From: Octopus sinensis
Taxonomy: Eukaryota
Direction of reading: 5' to 3'
Assembly: GCF_006345805.1 (NCBI RefSeq)
Contig: NC_043000.1
Span: 98,456,001 to 98,520,000 of the forward strand
DNA length: 64,000 nt
The notes under the pieces were generated by a model. It saw nothing but the letters and a program-made list of their open reading frames with translations, was not told the DNA's origin and made no database searches. How positions within the stretch are numbered: the first letter of the stretch is position 1; the number at the start of each line of letters is the position of its first letter. The position numbers and the translations under genes are program-made. Shown here piece by piece: positions 53,494-64,000 of this stretch.

Positions 53494-55138
53494 CTTGCGT
53501 CGGAAATTAATTAGCACTTCTCAAATTTCTACATTTTCTTACATTTTCTTAATTTAATTAACTTATTATCAGAAACGAACTCGTTTTTAATCAAAAATTT
53601 ATTAAAACATATCCCAGCACACCACATAATTGTTATTAATCGTGAAATTTAGTCAATATCTTGTTGCTCCTCCTTTGGCAGCAATGACAGCTGCTACGCA
53701 GGTCGACATGCTGTCTATGAGTGCCTGCAGCAAGAAGTGCCCCAAACAGCTCGTGTCGGTTCCTGTATTGCTGCACATTCAAATCCCTACCCAATCGACT
53801 CCAGAGGTTCTCAATAGGGTTCAGGTCAGGTGACTGGCCAGGCCAGTCCATGACCGTCACCCCATGGTCCTTGAAGAAACCGGTTGTGAGCTTGGCTGTG
53901 TGGGAAGGCGCGTTGTCCTGCTGGAGCACGTACTCCTCGCCACCAAAGAGGTATCCCGTACTATCTCAACGTACTTTGCTGCGTTGATGTTGCCTTCGAC
54001 GACATAGAGCCGCCCAACACCACTGTAGCTGAACGCCCCTCACACCATCAGACCACCCCACCATGCTTCATGGTGGGAGCAATGCAGTCTTTGTTGAAGC
54101 GCTCACCCCTGCAGCGTCGCACATGGACAGGCTTGTCACTGACGAGACTGAATTGCGACTCGTCAGTGAACATCACTGTCTGCCACTGCTGCACGGTCCA
54201 TGTCTTGTGGGCACGGGCCCAGAGCAGCCGCCTCTTCCGGTTTTGGGCTGTAAGGAGCGGCTTCCAGTAATCTGGTCTTGACGGTGGTTGAGACAACTGC
54301 TTCCCTGTCATCTTTTGCATCTCCTCCGCCAGTTGCCGGCTCGTTGCCCTTCGGTTGTACAGTGACTTTCGGATCAGCATCCGGTCCTCCTGCTGGGTCG
54401 TCAGCCTCTTCCGTCCCCTACCCTTTTTGTCAGCTGCTGATCTGGTTTCCTCGTATTTCTTAAATAAGCACTGAATTGTGCGCCTGGCTACACCAAGTTT
54501 TCTGGCTATTGCAGCCTCCGACAGCTTCCCACGCCACGAGAGAGCCTCGTACCGTCTCTCCAAGGTCATGCGAGGTCCTGGGCCCATCTAGGAATGAACG
54601 ATAAAAAACAGTTATTTTCATTAAAACTATTCATTTGAATAATGTTAAGCTATAACAAAACTGCTATGAGTTATTATTCATTAAACAAAAAAGAAAGAAA
54701 GCAGAATTTCTCACCTTATTTGATGTATAACAGAAAGTTTTGTGAACCGGAAGTGACGTCATCAAGCAGAGTGTAGGAGAATTTGTGAGGAAAAAAAATC
54801 TTGCAAATACACAAATCAATTAACCTACGAGCTGTTCAAAACGTCTTACGAGATAGAAAACTTAGTACGGTGTGATTTCGGTCCTTGCGAGGCGCTACCT
54901 ATATCTATTAAACAAAGGAAGATTTGTCTTCATCCGCACTCCAAGTTGTTGTTGCACTGCTATGTCCACATCATTAGGCTGTAGACTCTCAAACTGCTCT
55001 GCAAACAAAGTTACGTCATCGTTCTGCACAATTGTGAACTCACAACAAAGCAATAGTTCGAGATATGGCCACTAGGTGACAGCAAATACCTTGAGTGAAG
55101 AGCAAATCAAGGGTGCTAATTAATTTCTGACGGTAGTG
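53494..55138 (-). mobile_element. Full-length Tc1-like (DD34E) transposon, lightly degenerate
   Basis: TIRs C..CGTC(G/A)GAAATTAATTAGCAC with TA TSD. Transposase 54587 to about 53636 has GRGRKR, KPLL, FTDESQF, LQQDNAPSH and WPGQSPDLNPIENLW, with a few frameshifts. Confidence 0.95.
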
Positions 55139-56005
55139 TATATATATATATATATTATATATATATATATTATATATATATATATATTATTATATATGTA
55201 TATATATATACATACATATATATATATTTATATACATATATATATTTATTTATATATATGCATAAATACATACATTTGTACACATATTATATATAATATA
55301 AGTGTGCGTGACTGTGTTTGTACTCTTACCTTTGCTTGACCGCTGATGTTGCTGAGTTTACGTCCACGTAACTAAGCTGTTTGAACAAGTACTAGCCTTG
55401 CAAACAATAAATCTTGGGGTCGATTTCTTTGACTAAAGGCGGTGCTCTAGTATGGCCGAAGTCACATGACCGAAACAAGTAAACCTATAAAATGTATGCC
55501 ATATTAATCCCTAGTAACGCCGGGTATCACAGATATCATACATACATACATACATACATACATACATACATACATACATACATACATACATTCATATATA
55601 TATATATATGACTGAAAGTACGCATATGTATTGAATATTCTATTGGATAATAGGTCATGTTCCTCTAGTTTTCCGCTGGTATTGCCTACATTGAAATTAT
55701 AAATTGGAACTTAGCTCAATTACAGCACTTCAATTCTAGCCTGTTTCTGAGCATTGTTAAAGTTAACAATCTCTGCATAAAATTGTATATATATATATAT
55801 ATATACAGAGACTGAAAGAGAGAGAGGGGGCGAGAAAAGGAGAGAGAGACAAAGAAGCTTATATGCATATACATGTTTTTACATGTATATTAAAGTGTAG
55901 TATTATTGTGTATAATTTCAAGAATGATTTTATGATGATGTAAAAAATTCACCTACGCATTTTACGCATAATTTCCTGTCATTCTCATTTTATGAATTGT
56001 AGTTG

Positions 56006-56111
<106 letters not shown>

Positions 56112-56131
56112 ACTATCTATCTATCTATCTA

Positions 56132-56196
<65 letters not shown>

Positions 56197-57063
56197 ATGA
56201 TTTTCTTTATCAATGGATTAATCTTTAAAAGTATCTATTTCAAGACTGCTAGTATAGAGACATATATTCGGTAACTTCGTAAATATTTTGGAATCTTTTA
56301 ACTAAAGAAAAATGATATGAGAGTAGATTATAAAAATGCGTCCTAAATGACACTGAGTAACAATTTTTCTTTTTTTTTTCATCAGTAAATGTTATTTGCT
56401 TCTATCTAGAAATCAAAGAAAGTCACTTCTATTACCTTCTAACTTTGCTTTTGTGATCTGGATATTAGTGTTTTTAAACTGACCTATTCCCTTCATACTT
56501 TGCTTTTTTGTCCTGGATATCGTTGTTTTGAAACTGACCTATTTTCAATTACATTTCATATAGTTTCAACGTTAAGTTCCTGAAGCACAAATATCGTTTG
56601 CTCAATACCACAGGTTTGCTTGTCAGGTGTTTGACTTTAACCACTTCAGCATGTCCCTGAGTGGCTGACTATATGTGCATCTCTGATCATGAGCAAGAGT
56701 AGTGGCAGAGCATCATAACCATGTATTGAGAGGAATTCTTTAAGGTTTGAATGAATGTAAGAAAATCAAAATTTGAAAGAAATATTAGCTATTTTTCAAA
56801 CTTTTTAATGGAAGCAAATAGGTACCCAAAAACAAAATTCATGTTACATAATGTAATGAATGTAGTACAAGAATATGATCACATACTTTAAGCAAATGTA
56901 GAGTAGATGAAATTAAGCTCAGTTGGTTTTTATGGCTGGACTGCGACCACCTGTTGTCATGCGTAGGTGAGGAACAAACATATACACAAATACACTCACA
57001 CACAGGCACAGACACAGACACAGACATACACACATACTTATATATACACACATATATATACAT

Positions 57064-57152
<89 letters not shown>

Positions 57153-57289
57153 TGCATACATGCATATACACAAACAGGATTGAAGACATAGTCACACACA
57201 TGCACACACATACGTGCATATTTTAATGGTTTATCTGGAGATTGAAAGGCAGCGCCTATGACTTCCTCCACCTTCCAAAGCTTCCGACT

Positions 57290-57960
57290 TTTCTGAGGGA
57301 AATTGCAGAAGATATTGCAACTCGGAGCTTAATCCTCAGACTGAAGACCAGATCTAAACACTTGTAACAGAATTGACTCTCATAAAAGTATCCAATAACC
57401 AGATAATTGTGTTAAGAAAATGCGAATAATAAAGTAGACCAATGAGAAACATGTACTAAATATTTAACGAGTTGGTACACAGTTTTCTGTGGTCCAATTT
57501 CACACACTGCCGTCCCATATCTGGAAAGTGTATTCCATTGTAGTCTCACTAGGAAATTTTGCAAAGAATTAGCAGATGTTGGGAGCTGAAGTATTTGTTG
57601 ACCCTGAATATGAATGTCATTCCTGAAATGATGCAGTATTTGCTACGTTGAGTATGTTAAATCACTGTCAAATTGGTAGAAGCTAAATTAGTCGAATTCC
57701 TAAGTCTTTTAGATCCATTTTTTAAGGAATTTAAATTTCAACAAATTTCTATACTTTTCCTCGATGTTATTTGTAGCAGTTTCATTTTTAATCTTTCTTG
57801 TATCGAAAGTTATTAATTCAGCTCAAGTGTAATGCAGAGAAATTCAGAGATGAGAATAATAATGGATTACACTTAAAATTTCCTGTGAACTCTAAAGGGT
57901 GTTACAAATATTTTTGTAACATGTTTTAGACACAAATTAAGAGAAAATAAATGGAAATGT
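57290..57960 (-). mobile_element. Highly degenerate CR1/Jockey-like RT fragment
   Basis: The minus strand gives KDLGIRL and LVRL..EYTFQIW, resembling KDLG...VRP.LEYA..VW. Confidence 0.5.
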
Positions 57961-58948
57961 CCGCGATCAAAACAAGGTCACACGATTCATTTTATCTTCA
58001 CTCGTAAGTCTCATATGGAAGAAGTCGGTAATTGACGTGTTTTATGTAGTGCAGATGGTGATAGTGAGCATAAACTAAAACAGAAATGCAGTCTTTGTGA
58101 CCGATACCCACTGTCAAAAACTAGCTACATAAGCTATGTAAAAGCACGCAGTAATTTGCGAAACCAAGATGCATCTAATAATGCTTTGCCACCTTTTTGT
58201 GGTAACAACAACTGTATAGTACATGAAAACATCTGAGAGAGTGACCCTGGTTTGAAAAGACACATGAAAGTGTACGATTACCATACCGCATGTAAGACAT
58301 ATAATTACCATACCACATGTAAGATATCTGTGACATGTTTGAAGTTTTGCAAATCAGATACTGGCTTTAAGAGTAATCTCAGAGCACAAAGACCTAATGG
58401 TGACTATTGGGATGATGGAGATTTATTGTGATGGCTGCTATCTGTAAACATAAGTCTCTTATCACGCGCACACACACACACACGCACACACACATACATA
58501 CACACACACACATTTATGTGTGTGCGCATTTATATGTATGTATACACGCACGCACATACATACGTACTTTCTTTCTCTCTCTCTCTCTTATACACACACA
58601 CACATACACACACGTATATGTATATAGTCATTGCTACGCGAACATGCAACTTGTCAACACGTGAAGCATATAATCACGAATATGCACCACCACCCAATAA
58701 GTAACCGGTGTTAAATCTCTTATATATGTGAATTATGGAGAAACTGACAATAAATATCATATAAAGAGAATATAAAATATTTAGTGCGTATCAATTCACA
58801 TGACATCTAAATGCTTCAGCCATTATTCGTCTCAGCTGCTGTTGAACGAATGACAGTTACTCCTTTATTCACACAATGTGTGGCACATCATAAACTGCAG
58901 GTGTATAAATTGATCAAGAACGGACAAAAGCGCTAAGTGACTATTTTA

Positions 58949-59139
58949 CGAGGGAGTGCTGAGAATTCCTGGTTTTTAGAGTATCGTGAAAGGCCTGGTT
59001 GGAGGAGCAACCTTCCGAGTTCTTTTACAGGGCTTAAAAACACTGAAGGACCACTGCAACAAGTGTGTGAATCTGAGAGGGGAATGTATTGAAGAAAATC
59101 ATCGTGTACCAAAGCCTGGTACTTTTCCGCATCCCTTCG
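58949..59139 (+). mobile_element. 191-bp mariner-derived MITE
   Basis: Ends TA-CGAGGGAGTGCTGAGAATTCCTGG / CCTGGTACTTTTCCGCATCCCTTCG-TA. The interior encodes a remnant of the mariner C-terminus (GLKTL...KCVNLRGECIE). Confidence 0.75.
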
Positions 59140-59439
59140 TATATATCATCGAGAAACAATCATTCTGAGAAAGGTAGTTAAAATATTTTTAGAGTGCTAT
59201 ACTGATATAATACAAGTTGAGATGCCTATATATACCCCAAGATCTAGGTATCAGATAGATGCGCAATATTAGTAGAAAACGTTTAGTTATTTAAGCGTGG
59301 TAGTTAATCAGGGAGTGGGCTCGACAACTTAACATGTAGTGAATACCATTTATCCACACACACTCACACGCATACATACACACATACACGTTGCGGTGAA
59401 TAAACTGTCGTCTAACTTATGCAAAAATGAAAACGCTGA

Positions 59440-60180
59440 CATCTCATTTTAACAGACGTGTTCACCAAAATTACATAACATTATCTTTAAATATTAAAGA
59501 GGAAATTTATCCAATAAAATCGCCTTTGGCTTCAACTACGGCCTCCAGACGACTCCGGAATCTCCTGCAACTCTTCTGGACAGTCTCCTTGTTTAAGTTG
59601 GTGAATATTGCCATAATCCTTGCCTTCAATTCATCTTTGGTGTTACAAGGAATTTTGTTGCTCTCTCTCTCAGCTGAGGCACACTCATGATAATTAAGAA
59701 GTTTGCAGTCTGGGAAGTTAGGTGGCCAATGTTAGTGGTGATGTGATTGCAGAAATTATCTGACAGCCATGCCTGAGTTCTCCTTGTGTAGCATGGTGTA
59801 GAGTCCAGTCGCCAGACATAGGTCTTCCAGCAGATGCCCTCTTGATCCAGGACAGTACTATCTCCTCTAGGCACTTGATGTAGGCCTCCATGTTGAGTCT
59901 GAGTCCTTTTGGGAAGATGAATGGAGGCATAACGTCGCCATCACTAGAGATCGTTCCCAAAACCAGGATGTTGACTGGACGTTTGATTTTTATCGCTCTC
60001 GGTGCATGTCCTCAGATTGCTCTGTTCTCAAATTGACACCCAAACACTCTGTAACATCCGTACTGGAGCTTCTGGCGCGAATGCCAATCAATTCAGCATG
60101 TCGTTTCCAAATTTCTGACAGAGTGAATTGCGTCATGGTGCTGTTTTTCTCGTAGACGGTGTCCAACCGACTCTATTATA
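59440..60180 (-). mobile_element. Internally deleted DD37D (maT-like) Tc1/mariner element
   Basis: The N-terminus MTQFTLSEIWKRH is fused to VNILVLGTISSDGDVMPPFIF, YVWRLDSTPC, WPPNFPDCKLL and KSCRRFRSRLEAVVEAKGDFI*. Confidence 0.8.
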
Positions 60181-61393
60181 CTGTGTTGTAGACAAAATCA
60201 AAAACAAACAATACGCATGTACAAAATAAAAACATACAGAATGGCGACAATTTACTCATCATACATATATGAATATGTGTATAATTGTATATATGAGTTT
60301 GTGTGTATTTATTCGCATATACATACAGAAAATTATATATATAGTTCACAGATGAAATCCAGATATTTCCTATATACAAATGACTTAGTGCGCAAAAGAA
60401 TCAAACTTAGACTCGGTGCCTTTACATGGGATCGCTCCACAAGGTAAAGAAAGGCTATAAGAAGGATCAGGTGGAGCTGGTATAGAAGCAATTATGCATA
60501 TAAGCAAGTTAGACACATCAAATATATCAAATATATTAAAGCCATCAAATACAAAATATTTATATATGTACATATGCAAAACGAGAGAGAAAGCAAAGGT
60601 GAAAACTTTCAAGAGAAGAAAACAACGCAAAAAAATCAAACAAAAAACAAAAAAAAACAAAACAAAAAGAAGCAAAAAAAACAAACAAACAGACACAAAA
60701 AAGAACACAATCCTATAACGGACAGAGTTAACGACTGTTGAAAGGGTTGCAAATTGCAAAGAAAACTTTAGTAAAAATAAATAGCAAATGACCATTCCCA
60801 GACATATAATTAAGAATAATAATATAATAATAATAATAATAATAATAATGATAATAATAATAATAATAATATGTATATATATATATATATATAATATATT
60901 AGTTAATCCAAACATGAAAACACAAAGAGAAAACACAAAACGCGAGGACGTGGAACAAGTATAGTGTTATGGACGCTCAGGAAAGGATATATATATATAT
61001 ATATAATATTATATATATATAAAACTTACTTGGAAAAAGATGCGTGGTGTTCGGTCATATGTCCTGTTTTTGTTACAACTTTCACCCTCCGCAAAGAATT
61101 CCCAAATTTTATTTACTTTGGTTTGTTTCAACGTAGTCGCGTTTTGCCCTTACATTCGAATCGCGGAGTAGATGAAACAGGGACAACTGATGAAGGGAAT
61201 GTTCTTTATGTTGCAAGTCTCGTTGTTTTGTTCGATAAACAGTTCGTGTTCTATATTTTTATCTTTATGTTTTCATTTCTCATTGTGTCCACGTTTTTTG
61301 ATGTCCTGTATCTATATATGCATGTATATATACATACATATGTAGGTATGTACATATAAACATGTATATATGCATATATTTATATATCATTTG

Positions 61394-61432
<39 letters not shown>

Positions 61433-61438
<6 letters not shown>

Positions 61439-61822
61439 GATGTGTAATGGTGTATGTCTCTGTGTGCGTTTGGGGTTACTCTATCTCCCCCCATACTGAC
61501 CAACCGATTTTAATGATTTTTGACACATGCCCTGAAATTCAAAGAAGGCCGGGATTTTTCGAAAACTAGATAATGCTCAGTTGGCATCGATTTTTGTGAG
61601 CTCAATCGGGCGTTTGAATGGAAAAAAAATCCATCGCCTGCTCTGACCATTTTTCCTCTGCCTGCCACACATCTACTCATCCTGCAACAGCGTACCGAAC
61701 CAAATATAGCATCGTAATGGGTAACAGTTGGCATGGTGAACGTAGAAGATTTCAATACAAGGTCAGAGGTGGGCTTAACTTCAACACGGAAAAAATGAGC
61801 AACTCCGGGTCCAACAGCTAGT
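61433..61822 (+). mobile_element. Non-autonomous Helitron/HINE-like element
   Basis: The 3' end GAGCAACTCCGGGTCCAACAGCTAGT (CTAG terminus) precedes (AT)n; the 5' part has CCAACCGATTTTAATGATTTT. No ORF homology. Confidence 0.55.
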
Positions 61823-61831
61823 ATATATATA

Positions 61832-61862
<31 letters not shown>

Positions 61863-61965
61863 CATTAATAGTCCAACTTACACAGATTACAAACGACACT
61901 GAAGTGGTGTACATACACACATACATACATACATACATACATACATACATACATACATACATACA

Positions 61966-61999
<34 letters not shown>

Positions 62000-63568
62000 C
62001 ATACATACATACATACGTACATACTTCCACACATGCATATATAAATACATTTGAGATTGTGAGCTGGACTGAAAACCATTTCATTATTTGATTTAGCACT
62101 TATACGTTCTGAGTTAAAATTTTCTTTATTAGACTCCTGAGGCCGACAAAAGATGCACTATTAATATACTGTTGATTTCTTATAACCATTATAGGCCTTT
62201 CAAAGGCGAAGAACAGGAAGAATCGATGTAATCGATTAACACCCTTTCTCAAAATTATTGACCCTGTGCCAAAATTTGAAACCATTTTACATCTTCCATA
62301 TGCCGATATATGAAATAAAAGTTTCGGAGGTGTCTACTAGCAAAATTTGGTGACAATTTGATTAACAATAGTGTGATAAAGCTGTTTGTAGGTTATGTCA
62401 AGCATATGCCTTTCATAATGAAATAGGCGGACTTCAAGATATCAACGATCATTTATATTTATATGTAATTGTGCATATATTGGGTGTGTACGTGTCCAAC
62501 ACCCTGTACTTTTATTGTTAAATGTAGACTTACTGATCTAGCGAATGCATAACTGATGACTCAATCTACAAATAGTAACTAATATATTTTATAGACACAT
62601 TCAACAATTTTACTTCGTAAGGGCGGGTGTGTACATCCGGGTTCGAAACAGTACGCTGAGGCAACTTCGACAAGTTTCTCAATCCAAGCATAATGAGTGA
62701 AAATGTGTGGACAAAAAAGTGTGTGATAGCCCGAATGATGGACTATAACTCGTTTAAGAACACCTACTGATCCTTAGATAACTTTTGTAGAATCCATTCA
62801 GTGGCAAGTGTTTCATACCATCGGTTAGAGGATGGACAATTGTAAATCTTGATGTGCTTCTTCATACTGAACCCACTATAAGGCATAGGTTCTTTCTTCC
62901 CACTCGCAGATGTCTTGCCACGAAGTTAAAGTGGATACTTTTCCGCATTTGATGAATTATTAAAAATATTGTGCCACAATACAATACGAGATAGCTGAAG
63001 CAGAGATAGGGTTAATCTCTATTCTTTATGATAATGCTTTGAGTTTTATTTCACATCTCAGTTGTTGATACTTTGTTTCAGATCAAGCAGATCTTTGGTC
63101 AAAGACTTTCCGGCCGCCACTATTCCGTACTCTTATTTTCAAAAGAAAAAATGTTCGATTTGGAAATGTGACTGCTTTTTCTTCCAGTTAGAGCAAGCCT
63201 CTAGAGGCTCGCTTTCTTTGTGTCAAGGTTATGCTAAGAGGAGATACTAATAGCGTCGTGAAAGCACTGTTATGCTTTCATACGTAGATGTTTTAGCTTT
63301 AAAAAGTGAGAATTCATTCTGCCAACTATGGACGCCATTCGACTTTCTATCAGGAACTTCCTACAGATTGTATTCTATATCATATACTCAATAGCATTAC
63401 GACGGATCACCGACAGATGATGCATAGGGTTAAAAAAAGTCTAATGGGAATTTTTGAACAGCGACAAATCAAGAGCAATATTTCTGAACATTTGTATCCT
63501 TGACTCGTTTAATTGTCCAGCATTGCGTTATAACTACAGACTGATTCTTGTTTCTCTATACTGATGTA

Positions 63569-63800
63569 AAGGCGGTGAGCTGGCAGAACCGTTAGCACGC
63601 CGGGCGAAATGTGTAGCCGTATTTCATCTGCCGCTACGTTCTGAGTTCAAATTCCGCCGAAGTCGACTTTGCCTTTCATCCTTTCGATGTCGATAAATTA
63701 AGTACCAGTTACGCACTGGGGTCGATGTAATCGACTTAATTCGTTTGTCTGTCCTTGTTTGTCCCCTCTATGCTTAGCCCCTTGAGGGCAATAAAGAAAC
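63569..63800 (+). mobile_element. SINE family A, full-length, with 12-bp TSD
   Basis: TATACTGATGTA occurs at 63557-63568 and 63802-63813. Confidence 0.95.
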
Positions 63801-64000
63801 ATATACTGATGTATTTGAAACACCGCATGTAAGTTGCATGGTTCATTTGGAAATGCCCGGTTATGACCAATCCTTGATTTGAACTTATTAAAGTCTGATT
63901 ATCCATATCCAGTCAAGAGCCTCAACACTAGTACCACAGGATACAAATGTGTCAATTTTTTTCGAAGATCAGGGAGCTTCAAATGAAACTTCTAATATAT

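Noticed and set aside
62900-63500. Plus-strand acceptor-like sites (63076, 63188) with short open frames
   Set aside because: Donors are weak, there is no recognisable protein and no phase-consistent partner exons.

Overview
AT-rich, microsatellite-dense eukaryotic DNA. The SINE repertoire and repeat density suggest a coleoid cephalopod, probably Octopus; this is an inference, not a search result. Almost all ORFs in the supplied track are microsatellite or transposon artefacts. One spliced host gene can be reconstructed by eye on the minus strand. It has five coding exons (9713 to 3284) with canonical GT-AG sites and matching phases, and encodes a roughly 220-240 aa secreted, N-glycosylated, Cys-rich protein that may be WSC-like. 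The rest of the window is transposon relics: CR1-like, RTE, L1/Tx1 and R4/Dong LINEs, Penelope pieces, five Tc1/mariner-superfamily transposase elements plus MITEs, a hAT-Charlie element, Helitron-like pieces and at least six tRNA-derived SINE families. The most unusual signals are (i) several minimal hammerhead ribozymes, including a tRNA-headed SINE whose Penelope-like tail carries one, (ii) a SINE family sharing its 3' tail with Tx1-type L1 elements, (iii) LINEs embedded in specific microsatellites, and (iv) long inverted-repeat hairpins. No CRISPR, rRNA or genuine tRNA genes were found.
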